The position numbers and the translations under genes were made by a program. 48,594 nucleotides of DNA. It comes from Candidatus Dojkabacteria bacterium. GTDB lineage: Bacteria; Patescibacteriota; Dojkabacteria; GCA-002793355. Positions 26,353 to 34,914 of the stretch are shown in pieces. How positions within the stretch are numbered: the first letter of the stretch is position 1; the number at the start of each line of letters is the position of its first letter. The stretch covers positions 909,627 to 958,220 of the forward strand of contig CP129477.1 of assembly GCA_030583825.1 (NCBI GenBank). The letters are read 5' to 3'. The notes under the pieces were generated by a model that was not told the DNA's origin, made no database searches, and saw only the letters and a list, made by a program, of their open reading frames with translations.

Positions 26353-26970
26353 TTAAAAGAATGCCTGTAATATGACCTTAAAGAACTTCTTTTGGTTTAG
26401 GTACTGGTCAATTATAACAAAGTCTATGCCGGCATTTTTTGCAAAGTCGTGGTCAGTCTTTGAATCACCGAAATAAAGGTAGTTATCCTTTGGTAAGTCA
26501 TACTTATTCACAATATCCAACAAGCACTTTGGATCAGGCTTTTCGTATCCTTCATCAAGACAGGAAATAATATTTTCGAAGTAGTGAGTTAGATTGTTGT
26601 TGTCGAGAATTCTTCGGAGAGATCCATATTGTCGGTTTGTACAGAGAGAAACAAGTTTGTTATTTGCTTTGAACATTTTCAAGAGTTCTTCTACAGACTC
26701 GAATGAGCCTATCCTATCAACGTTTTTAATATGAAGCTCTTCGTTTTCTTTCACAAGTTGCTCTGGATCGAGTTTCAGATTCAATTTCGAAACAATTTCT
26801 TCAAACTGTAAATGCATTGATTTTCCTCTACTGCGAAAATGCACGTCACGAACGTATTGCTCGTCTATATCTGAAATGTGAGGCAAAAATGTTTCAACAA
26901 ACATCTGCTGATTAAATTCATACGAATTTGTCAGTGTGTCATCGAGGTCGAAAATAAAGTGTGTTTTCAT
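26353..26970 (-). CDS. HAD-family hydrolase
   Basis: FDLDDTL (motif I), TN, KPDP and GDS..D. Confidence 0.9.
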   Translation of the reverse strand: MKTHFIFDLDDTLTNSYEFNQQMFVETFLPHISDIDEQYVRDVHFRSRGKSMHLQFEEIVSKLNLKLDPEQLVKENEELHIKNVDRIGSFESVEELLKMFKANNKLVSLCTNRQYGSLRRILDNNNLTHYFENIISCLDEGYEKPDPKCLLDIVNKYDLPKDNYLYFGDSKTDHDFAKNAGIDFVIIDQYLNQKKFFKVILQAFF

Positions 26971-27093
26971 AAGCTCTTCTTTGAGTAAGGATGTAATTAT
27001 ACCATTTTTAGGGAGCTAAATGTAGGTGCATTCTCCTTTTTGCGAGGATGCATATATCCGATACAATGACTTATTTAATATGAGTATTAAGCT

Positions 27094-27279
27094 ATGATAC
27101 CTTTACCAAAACTTTCCAATCCTGCGCTTCAGGCATTTGAGCTGGTAGGTATCAGATACTTAGAAGATTTACAGAAATTTTCACAAAAAGAAATTCTTGC
27201 ACTTCACGGAGTTGGGCCAAAAACAATACGAATGCTTGCCCCTGCAATGAAAGCGCACAATATTGCATTCAAGAAATAG
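27094..27279 (+). CDS. Small helix-hairpin-helix / RNAP alpha-CTD-like DNA-binding protein
   Basis: PA..A....GI..LEDL......EIL.LHGVGPK.I pattern. Confidence 0.7.
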   Translation: MIPLPKLSNPALQAFELVGIRYLEDLQKFSQKEILALHGVGPKTIRMLAPAMKAHNIAFKK

Positions 27280-27290
27280 CTTATCGGCTT

Positions 27291-27668
27291 CTAGAGATTA
27301 CAGAACAGATCGATTTTATAGCCATCCGGGTCTTCGACAATACAGTATCTTTGTCCCCAAAATGCATCCCACGGCTCTTTCGCTATCTTGAATCCTGCTT
27401 GTGCGATTGCTTCTGCTGCTTTATTCACTTCTTCTGGAGAATCATACTTAATTGCAAATGAAGAGTGATTGCTCGCTCTTGGTTCTTCTCCCAATATCTC
27501 GGTGATAAGTTTCTTTGAGTCAATCATCAATCGTGCACCATTTTTATGTTGTGGTTCGAGATGTTGTTCATCTTCAGCAAATGATTCGAATGTAAAGCCA
27601 AGAAGTGTGTAAAATCGTACGGTTTCTTTGAGATTGGAGCTTGCAACTCCGACTGCGTCAATTGTCAT
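27291..27668 (-). CDS. VOC family protein
   Basis: FYTLLGF at the N-terminus and EPWDAFWGQRY..VEDPDG at the C-terminus. Confidence 0.88.
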   Translation of the reverse strand: MTIDAVGVASSNLKETVRFYTLLGFTFESFAEDEQHLEPQHKNGARLMIDSKKLITEILGEEPRASNHSSFAIKYDSPEEVNKAAEAIAQAGFKIAKEPWDAFWGQRYCIVEDPDGYKIDLFCNL

Positions 27669-27705
27669 GATCTTGTTGATGAAATTTAGGGTTTATGCGT
27701 TTTAT

Positions 27706-27837
27706 GTGGAAGACGGGATGGCGCGACGCTACTTTCGCTGTACTCAAGAGCGAACCTTCATTACTTTAATATATGAGGTTACTCACCGAGGATTCTCACT
27801 CTTGTGTCTATCTACCTTACAGGCAGCTACACACAAA
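27706..27837 (-). repeat. tRNA-Gly(GCC)-linked spacer closed by a duplicate of the tRNA 3' end
   Basis: 27706-27719 matches 27839-27852 at 13/14 positions. The spacer begins with a hairpin sharing TGCCTGT(T)AAGGTA with the one after tRNA-Gly(TCC). Confidence 0.7.
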
Positions 27838-27911
27838 AGCGGAAGACGGGATTCGAACCCGCGACCTTCTCATTGGCAATGAGATATTCTAGCCAACTGA
27901 ACTACTTCCGC
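27838..27911 (-). tRNA. tRNA-Gly(GCC)
   Basis: Cloverleaf; TCTCA-TTGCCAA-TGAGA; GCGGG-TTCGAAT-CCCGT. Confidence 0.95.
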
Positions 27912-27970
27912 GTAAAGTACCAAAACACCCAGTAAATTTATTACCAGATGTATATTTTATCACATAAAAA

Positions 27971-27979
27971 TGGTATAAT
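27971..27979 (+). promoter_or_regulatory. Extended -10 box TGgTATAAT, 5 nt before ATG 27985
   Basis: Consensus extended -10 read directly from the sequence. Confidence 0.7.
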
Positions 27980-27984
27980 TCAAT

Positions 27985-28986
27985 ATGTCACAGCAGTTGC
28001 AACCTGGACAGCCGATTTCTGTAAGCAACAATGATAACTCCCCAGTAAATCCGGCTCCAGTATCAACTCCGCTGCCCCAGGATGATTCGTCGAATAGTTA
28101 TTCTTTACCTGTTTCACAACTACCACAACAGCCGATACAACAATCGCAAGACTTTATTACGCAGGGAGGCTCAGCAATTCCGTTCTTAAGTAATCTTGAT
28201 GATGAAGACTTCGACCTAGAAGATGAAACATTTGTAGAAGATCCTGTTCTGCCTACCGAAAAACCTGCTCCAGTAATGCAAGCTCCAGCGACAGTACCTA
28301 TGCAGATGCCGAAAATTGGTCAAAATTCTCAGGCTCAGCAACCTTTACTAGCTCCAAATGTGAACCCTGCGGGTTCTTCATTTGCTAAACCTCCAACGCT
28401 ATCAATGTCATTAAGTAAAATGCCGGAAGATCAGCGCCGAGAAGTTATTACACGGCTATTTAAGCTTGTTGTTGGCAAAGAGCCACAAGAAAAAGACTTT
28501 AATTATTACCGTTTCAGCGCATTGACCGAAGATGGACTCATTCGTAACTTACTGAATACGCAGGAACACAAGAAAATACTTGATCAGTCTGGTGAATTTA
28601 ACACGGTGCAGTCATCACAGCGCAACATGGAACTAAAAGTAAAAACATTGGAAATGCACCTTGCATCGCTACAGAATGAGTTAAAGACGTTGCAGGAAAT
28701 TCTGGAGGAGAAAAATCGTTATATTCAAAATTTACGTGCAACAATAAATCCTGTTGAGAATATGTACCTTCCGATTGCAACAATTCAGGAGCAACCGCAG
28801 ATTCAATATGAGCAACAGCCAAGACAAATGCCACAACAGTATGAAGAAGAACAATTTCAGCAGTCATATGGACAAACAATGATTCCTCAACATCAGGAAG
28901 CTCCAATGATTCAAAGCTCGCTCCCCTCGCCTATTGATGAACTAAAGCAGTTTATTAAAGGGATTTTTGGAATTCGTCGTTATTAA
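27985..28986 (+). CDS. Hypothetical Pro/Gln-rich protein with a small central helical domain and a coiled coil
   Basis: Low-complexity P/Q termini; RREVITRLFKLVVGKEP...YY......E..LI..LL...E resembles DUF4214; heptad region follows. Confidence 0.6.
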   Translation: MSQQLQPGQPISVSNNDNSPVNPAPVSTPLPQDDSSNSYSLPVSQLPQQPIQQSQDFITQGGSAIPFLSNLDDEDFDLEDETFVEDPVLPTEKPAPVMQAPATVPMQMPKIGQNSQAQQPLLAPNVNPAGSSFAKPPTLSMSLSKMPEDQRREVITRLFKLVVGKEPQEKDFNYYRFSALTEDGLIRNLLNTQEHKKILDQSGEFNTVQSSQRNMELKVKTLEMHLASLQNELKTLQEILEEKNRYIQNLRATINPVENMYLPIATIQEQPQIQYEQQPRQMPQQYEEEQFQQSYGQTMIPQHQEAPMIQSSLPSPIDELKQFIKGIFGIRRY

Positions 28987-29009
28987 TACAAAATTTTCGC
29001 TATCCTTTA

Positions 29010-29804
29010 CTAAAGAGTTTCTAAAGTTTTCGTGAGTATATCTGTGTAGCATTCTGACCATGGAGCATAGTTCTGAAGTACAGTTTTTTCAGCCTTATAT
29101 TCATTTTCTTTTGCCACGGCAACGGGATATTCCTTTATATGGACATTCTCATAAAATGCTGCGAGCAGATTATATGTTTTCTCGACCTGTTCAAGGTATT
29201 CTTGAGGAGTTGCTTTATCGTTACATACGAGATTACTTTGAGTTTGAATAGATGTGGCGAGAGAGTTTACAATAATTAAGCCGTTAACACACTCGCGTAA
29301 CTGTGTTGCAACGGTTCCAGGATCTCCATTGTAGTTTATTGCTTCTATGCATTTATCAAACGTCTGGACGCCATTTTGGATATCTTTTTCCCCTTTTACA
29401 AGGACATTGAGTCTTTCCATAGTGCCAAGCTGTTCCCGACGCTTTTTGACGGCTTGCAGCGTCTCTTCAAGGCTATTATTTTCTTCCTTTGAAACAAATA
29501 GAGTGTTTTGCATGAACGTAAGCTCCTGCTCAACGTCTGAGTACAAAAGAGTCATTGCTGCAATTTCTTCTTCTGCAACGGCTGATCGCTCTGAAAGACC
29601 TTTTCTTGCCTGAGCGTATTTGTCTTCAGCAATTTCGAACTGTGTTCCTACGGAACTCACTCTCTGTGTAATGTCATCGGCAAGTTTTTGTCGAAAAGCG
29701 AAAATGGCAATAAAAATACTGAAAGTAATCACAGCGCTAATACACATAAAGACGAATCCCCGGGTAACTCTTATATTGGTTCGTTTAATCGGGCCTGAAT
29801 CCAT
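29010..29804 (-). CDS. Hypothetical membrane-anchored coiled-coil protein
   Basis: N-terminal TM (GFVFMCISAVITFSIFIAIFAF) followed by long helical heptads. Confidence 0.6.
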   Translation of the reverse strand: MDSGPIKRTNIRVTRGFVFMCISAVITFSIFIAIFAFRQKLADDITQRVSSVGTQFEIAEDKYAQARKGLSERSAVAEEEIAAMTLLYSDVEQELTFMQNTLFVSKEENNSLEETLQAVKKRREQLGTMERLNVLVKGEKDIQNGVQTFDKCIEAINYNGDPGTVATQLRECVNGLIIVNSLATSIQTQSNLVCNDKATPQEYLEQVEKTYNLLAAFYENVHIKEYPVAVAKENEYKAEKTVLQNYAPWSECYTDILTKTLETL

Positions 29805-30502
29805 TTTGGAACGAGTCTGTTTTTTATGTAGAAAATAACGATGAAAATAATCAACGGGATAATAATAAACAGAACTACGCCAATAACTACATACATTGTT
29901 GTTTCATATGTTCGGTATTGCTCAGGAACAGGTTGTACGATCTTTGCCGCATCTAACGTTACCTCTACTGGAATTGTAGTGATGTGATTTCGCTCAAATG
30001 TTGTGAGTGTTACACTTGCTGAAACTCTTTGCGGGCCGATGGCAATAGGATCAAAGGTGAATTCTGCAATATATGTTTGGTCTTTTTTCACATTGTTCCA
30101 TACCCTTCTCTGTGGTGAAATAAGAAATCCGGAGCGTGCTGGCCAGGAAATTTCCATTTTCGACCCATCTAATCGTGGTGTAAGTTGAATCTTTACAGGA
30201 ATCTGCTTATTCCAAGGAAACTGTGTTTCAACTTGTAACACTGTATTAATAGCTATTGGCGTATTTTGTGATGGTAATGGCGTTGGTGTGGGTGTCTGGC
30301 TTACCTCTGGTGTTGTCGTAATTGTTACTGTCGGCGTAACACTGATACTTGGAGTTTCACTCACGATTGGCGATACCGTTGGAGATTGTGTTTGAGTCGG
30401 CGTCGGTGTTGCACCTGTTGCTGCAACGCTCATTGGAAAAACAAAGAATGCAAGTGCAAATATAACACTCACAAAGATTTTAAGGGCTTTTCTGTATTCC
30501 AT
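29771..30502 (-). CDS. Hypothetical surface protein: signal peptide, Pro/Thr-rich linker, beta domain, C-terminal TM
   Basis: Start moved to ATG 30502 (TATAAT 7 nt upstream). TPTPTQT/TPTPTP repeats; TM VVIGVVLFIIIPLIIFIVIFYI. Confidence 0.65.
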   Translation of the reverse strand: MEYRKALKIFVSVIFALAFFVFPMSVAATGATPTPTQTQSPTVSPIVSETPSISVTPTVTITTTPEVSQTPTPTPLPSQNTPIAINTVLQVETQFPWNKQIPVKIQLTPRLDGSKMEISWPARSGFLISPQRRVWNNVKKDQTYIAEFTFDPIAIGPQRVSASVTLTTFERNHITTIPVEVTLDAAKIVQPVPEQYRTYETTMYVVIGVVLFIIIPLIIFIVIFYIKNRLVPKWIQARLNEPI

Positions 30503-32174
30503 ACTTCTTATTATACATGACAATATAAATGAAAGAGAGAATAAATATTCCCAGTACCACAAAAAAGACAATTCCAAGAATATAGATAATATCAAGTAGT
30601 AAATTTTGCTCTGGAGAGTATGTTGTCTTCTTTTCGAACCCGTTGATGTTCAATAGGATCTCGGAAGGCAAATTTCGTACAGGGATGCGGCTTTTTGGAA
30701 TTAAATCAATATGCCCTACTCCTCCTGGCGGAATTGCTCTTTTATCATTGCCAGCAAGCTGAAAAATGTTATTGTTTATAAGCTCTAGCTTCTCGATGAC
30801 ACCCAAAGAGTTTGATTTGTTCAATATTTCAAGCTCGTACCTTCCAAATGAAGGAGACACAATTGCAATATCAATGTCATCTAAGCCAAGAATGAGTGGT
30901 TTTTCAACAAAACGCTCTGCGGTTGGGGAAATTGACTTGCTCATATTTGCGAGCTCATCTTTTAGAATATTGCATTGTGATGTTGACTCACAGACACCGA
31001 TAGAAATATGAAATGCAGAAGTATAGTCCCATGAATAGGGAAAACGACGCTCTCGCAGTTCTCGACTGAAAAACGACAATGTATTAGTTTTTATATCGAA
31101 GTTTTCGTCCCATTCGGCGGGAATAACTATGTTTACATCAGGATATAATACAAGCCCAACAATTTTTGTACTCACTGTTTGTGCAGGATCTGTACTTACT
31201 GCTCCTCCCTGTTGTATGAATCGTTCAGTTAAACACTGCTGTGCCATGAAGACATTCGTAGTAAGAATAACTGGCTTGTTAGTTTCTTTTGGGGTAAAAG
31301 TAACATTGCTTTGTGAATCAATAAAGCCATCTCCGCAGTTTTCACAACTGACAAAAGAATGCGAAATACACTGATCTTTCGAGTCATTTCGTAGTGCATG
31401 AACAACTTCTCTATCTGAAGTCCTTTTAAGTGTCATGGACATGTCGCCCATCATAAAGGCAAAAGTCTTTCCATCTTCATCTGATAAATGAAAACGGTAG
31501 GTATTCCATTCGGAACGTCGGTCATCTGGAGAAAGAATCATGGGAAGAGATTTGTCTACATCTACAGTAATATCTATATGGCGATTCGTTGAATCTACCT
31601 GAAATGGGAGGTCAAGGATCTTTAATTGTCCATATTCTTTAAAGGGTGCATCAATATCTGCCTGAAAGTGGAAGGTTGCGCTCCCATTGTTTCGAATAAC
31701 AACAGATTTTGTTTGTGAAGACTTAATTTTAAAAAGGTTTGAATTGTTTTCTCGGTATGTATCTATAAGAAAAATATCGGGAGTAATTCTGGTGATCTTT
31801 GTATTTTTTAGTTTTACGATAGGAAGCAAAAGCTCGTATTCTCCGATTGCAGCGTCTTTACCTGAAACATTAGTAAGTACAATTTTTCCTTCAAGCCTGA
31901 CTGCATAATTATTTTCAATAACAAACGAAAGTGTAATATCTTCGCGAATACTTGGAGCTTCCTGAGCTGAAATAGACGGAATAAAGCCTTGATTTTGCGA
32001 GCTTCTAATGAAAGGATTAGCGATTAAAACTGACAGGATCGCCAGTAACGCTGGAATACATAATATCCTGCCAATCCATTTTGTTTTCAAACCATGTAAA
32101 GCATAAGCCATGCTCGCAAACCTGGTGAGCAACTGTTGGGCCATCCATGACCGAGATTCTCTTTGGGAATTCAT
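30480..32174 (-). CDS. Hypothetical large membrane-anchored protein (start uncertain)
   Basis: Long ORF with an N-terminal hydrophobic stretch and a C-terminal TM; overlaps the upstream ORF by up to 158 bp. Confidence 0.55.
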   Translation of the reverse strand: MNSQRESRSWMAQQLLTRFASMAYALHGLKTKWIGRILCIPALLAILSVLIANPFIRSSQNQGFIPSISAQEAPSIREDITLSFVIENNYAVRLEGKIVLTNVSGKDAAIGEYELLLPIVKLKNTKITRITPDIFLIDTYRENNSNLFKIKSSQTKSVVIRNNGSATFHFQADIDAPFKEYGQLKILDLPFQVDSTNRHIDITVDVDKSLPMILSPDDRRSEWNTYRFHLSDEDGKTFAFMMGDMSMTLKRTSDREVVHALRNDSKDQCISHSFVSCENCGDGFIDSQSNVTFTPKETNKPVILTTNVFMAQQCLTERFIQQGGAVSTDPAQTVSTKIVGLVLYPDVNIVIPAEWDENFDIKTNTLSFFSRELRERRFPYSWDYTSAFHISIGVCESTSQCNILKDELANMSKSISPTAERFVEKPLILGLDDIDIAIVSPSFGRYELEILNKSNSLGVIEKLELINNNIFQLAGNDKRAIPPGGVGHIDLIPKSRIPVRNLPSEILLNINGFEKKTTYSPEQNLLLDIIYILGIVFFVVLGIFILSFIYIVMYNKKYGIQKSP

Positions 32175-32799
32175 TTGGATCTAATTTAACATACTTCTGC
32201 ACATTTTTGTATTGTGAATTTTTCACAATTTCAACTGATCCATTCCTTTCGATGAGGTACAATGGTGCTCCTTTTCGGTCTTTATAGGTAATGTGTATTG
32301 GTTGATCTTTGTGAAGTAACTCAATAGTTGCAAGTGGTTCACGTCCAATATTTACAAGTGTATATCCCCACTGTGGAGGAACTGCAACTTTTACACCGGG
32401 ATACATTTCAACAATGAATGGAACCATTTCTTCCGTAAGAGCTGGCTCAGGTGGTTGCAAAATTGCGACTCCCATACCTGCAATGCATTCTACTAAGCGT
32501 GGAGAATCAACAGAGACAACTGTTTTTGTCTTCGCAAATTCAATACCGACAATATCAGGGAAAACGACGGTGCTTTTTAATTTTAGTCCACCTTGCTGGA
32601 AATTATTGTAGAAGTCGTCAACCCAATACGTTTTGTAAATTATTTTTGGAAAAACTGTCAGCGCGTTCAGATAGTAACGACGAAGCATTTTTGTCTTGAA
32701 CGACTGTTCATGTGAAACAACAAATACCGAGCGATCAAATTCCAGTCCATCTTCTCGGGTAACGATGGGCAGCGCTGCATTGGTAAATAGATGACCCAT
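32017..32799 (-). CDS. Hypothetical protein
   Basis: 260-aa ORF starting 1 nt after the YggT stop; no family recognised. Confidence 0.5.
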   Translation of the reverse strand: MGHLFTNAALPIVTREDGLEFDRSVFVVSHEQSFKTKMLRRYYLNALTVFPKIIYKTYWVDDFYNNFQQGGLKLKSTVVFPDIVGIEFAKTKTVVSVDSPRLVECIAGMGVAILQPPEPALTEEMVPFIVEMYPGVKVAVPPQWGYTLVNIGREPLATIELLHKDQPIHITYKDRKGAPLYLIERNGSVEIVKNSQYKNVQKYVKLDPNEFPKRISVMDGPTVAHQVCEHGLCFTWFENKMDWQDIMYSSVTGDPVSFNR

Positions 32800-32800
32800 A

Positions 32801-33085
32801 TTATTCTAACGCTTTGATTATTTCGAAGAGCGCATACGCTATGAGAGTTAAAATGAAGATAACAAGCAGCGTAGTGAGCTCAATAGTAATGCCCCACAGA
32901 GTAACTTCGTCCATAATGACGCCTCGTAACGGGGAAAGAATAGTTTCAGTAAGATTATACAACCATGAAATAATTCCGACATTGGCATTTGCGCCAAGGA
33001 GTTTTAGTACAAATCTGATGGAAAGAAGACTTTCAAGAATGATGACTATGACGTAAAGTATTTGAAAGACTATCTGCAGAAACAT
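32801..33085 (-). CDS. YggT family membrane protein
   Basis: LLSIRFVLKLLGAN....IISWLYNLTE.IL.PLRG pattern. Confidence 0.8.
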   Translation of the reverse strand: MFLQIVFQILYVIVIILESLLSIRFVLKLLGANANVGIISWLYNLTETILSPLRGVIMDEVTLWGITIELTTLLVIFILTLIAYALFEIIKALE

Positions 33086-33164
33086 ATTGAATTATACCAT
33101 ATCCATCGTGAAATCGCAATGAAGTAGTAGTTATTTGTCCACATTGTTGGGAACAATTTAGAGG

Positions 33165-33818
33165 TTAGTATTTTTGGAAGTGAAGGGTTGCAATATCATT
33201 TTCTATTGTTATAAAGTCCGCGTGCCCATGCTCAATAAAGCCTGTATTATAAAACCCTTCTGCCATATTTGCTTCTGAAAGATGCGTGTGACCGGTGAAC
33301 AATAATGTATTCTCAGGCAGGTTCATTTTTCGCCATTTTTTCATTCTCGCATTGTCAAAGACTTCTCTTAGGTAGAAGTAGCGGCCCATTGTTCGTACAC
33401 CGACTTCTTTAAAGATACTGTAAGCGTCAACAACAAGTTTAATTTTTGTTAAGAATGGAAAAAGGCTATCTGTTGCACGAGTAATGCTGTCTCCATGCGT
33501 AAAATAGAAAACTTTTTCTCCTGCGGTGAGTTCAAGTATTAAGCCTGATGTTTTCGCGAATTGAGATCTTCTTTCGTCAGAATAAATTTCTTTGTCGTGG
33601 TTTCCGTAAAGGTAGTGAGTTTCTTTTGTGGCAAGGATTTCAAAAAGTTTTTGCCATTCGGAATTGATAAATTGGTCGAATGTTGAGATATAGCCATCCC
33701 AAAAGTCGCCATTAAGGACGACTCTATCTACATCTGTGAGAATTGAAGAAAGAAAGTTACATTTTGGAGCATCAAATTTGTGGGTAAGGTGGGTATCGGA
33801 AATGACAAGTGTTTTCAT
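33165..33818 (-). CDS. Calcineurin-like metallophosphoesterase (LpxH-like family)
   Basis: ISDTH, LNGD..D, GNHD, HGD and GHTH motifs. Confidence 0.85.
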   Translation of the reverse strand: MKTLVISDTHLTHKFDAPKCNFLSSILTDVDRVVLNGDFWDGYISTFDQFINSEWQKLFEILATKETHYLYGNHDKEIYSDERRSQFAKTSGLILELTAGEKVFYFTHGDSITRATDSLFPFLTKIKLVVDAYSIFKEVGVRTMGRYFYLREVFDNARMKKWRKMNLPENTLLFTGHTHLSEANMAEGFYNTGFIEHGHADFITIENDIATLHFQKY

Positions 33819-33841
33819 TGTAAAACGATGCTTTTAAATAC

Positions 33842-33918
33842 TGGAGCTGAGAACGGGAGTCGAACCCGTGACCTCCCCCTTACCAAGGGGGTGCTCTAGC
33901 CACCTGAGCTATCCCAGC
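33842..33918 (-). tRNA. tRNA-Thr(GGT)
   Basis: CCCCC-TTGGTAA-GGGGG anticodon arm; 3' CCA encoded. Confidence 0.95.
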
Positions 33919-33995
33919 ATAAAGTTGTGAGTACTAAAGAATTAAAGCTCAGGGAGGTATGCCAATTATAACTGAGCGGGAATACTACTTTTTTA

Positions 33996-34124
33996 GGTCA
34001 GGGCGGGGTTCGCTCACCTTGTAACAAACCATAATTCGCTCCGCGTCTATAGGTGTTACTACCTCGAGCCCATCTTCGTTCTAAATAGCAAATTGTTGCT
34101 ATTTTTCACTCAGCTTCGAATCCC
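33996..34124 (-). repeat. tRNA-linked mini-element, copy C (tRNA-Thr TGT)
   Basis: GGGATTCGAAGCTGAGTGAA, AAATAGCAA-caat-TTGCTATTT, GAACGAAGA, CTCGAGG and AAGGTGAG|CGAACCCCGCC, the last being a degenerate copy of the Thr CGAATCCCGCC. Confidence 0.8.
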
Positions 34125-34137
34125 TACTTCCCTAAAA

Positions 34138-34176
34138 TTGTTAAAAAATCCTAAACTCCTTAGGATTTTTTAACAA
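34138..34176. terminator. Perfect 17-bp inverted repeat abutting the tRNA-Thr(TGT) 3' end
   Basis: TTGTTAAAAAATCCTAA-actcc-TTAGGATTTTTTAACAA. A terminator or processing role is inferred. Confidence 0.5.
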
Positions 34177-34247
34177 GCCAGAGGCGGGATTCGAACCCGC
34201 GACAAACGGTTTACAAAACCGCTACTCTACCACTGAGTTACTCCGGC
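34176..34247 (-). tRNA. tRNA-Thr(TGT)
   Basis: GCGGT-TTTGTAA-ACCGT anticodon arm; T-arm GCGGG-TTCGAAT-CCCGC. Confidence 0.95.
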
Positions 34248-34272
34248 ATTACGTCCTTTCCATGTAGGAAAG

Positions 34273-34911
34273 TTATATTCCAAATACTTGTAAGAGCGTA
34301 AAAACAATTGTTTCGATGAAATTATACCAAAAGTTACTAAAAATTGCGAAAAATGGTGACACCGGCAGAACAAAGATAAGCATAATCCATGGAAGGAATG
34401 ACCCAATAGATTGCCATGTTTCTCTAAAACGATCGGGCAAAAGGGCATCTACGATATTTCCACCATCCAGAGGAGGAATAGGAAGCAAGTTAAAAAATGC
34501 CAACGTAGCGTTAATAAACAGGAAGAATACAAAGAATTGAATGATTAAAGTACTTATAAATGTAGTATCAGGGATAATAATTGTGACAATTTTCAAGAGC
34601 GCCGCACCAATAACCATAAGGATGAGATTCGAAACTGGCCCAGCCACTGCAACAAGAAACTGTCCTCGTAATGGATTTTCAAAGTTGTAAATATTTACGG
34701 GGACTGGTTTTGCCCATCCAATACGTGCAAAAAGCATAAAAAGAAAGCCTATTGGATCTAAATGAGCTATTGGGTTGAGAGTCAAGCGTCCTTCTGCTTT
34801 TGCTGTATCGTCACCAAGCTTGTATGCGACCCATGCATGAGCATATTCGTGCACTGTTGCGGAAATAATCATTATTGGAATTGAGAATATGATCCAATAG
34901 ATTTGCTCCAT
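34273..34911 (-). CDS. Site-2 protease (M50) family protein
   Basis: HEYAH, TLNP.AH.D, GWAKPVP, VAGP.SN and NLLPIPPLDG. Confidence 0.93.
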   Translation of the reverse strand: MEQIYWIIFSIPIMIISATVHEYAHAWVAYKLGDDTAKAEGRLTLNPIAHLDPIGFLFMLFARIGWAKPVPVNIYNFENPLRGQFLVAVAGPVSNLILMVIGAALLKIVTIIIPDTTFISTLIIQFFVFFLFINATLAFFNLLPIPPLDGGNIVDALLPDRFRETWQSIGSFLPWIMLIFVLPVSPFFAIFSNFWYNFIETIVFTLLQVFGI

Positions 34912-34914
34912 TAC

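Noticed and set aside
30285-30420. Pro/Thr codon repeats as a DNA repeat element
   Set aside because: They encode an ordinary low-complexity protein linker with varied codons.
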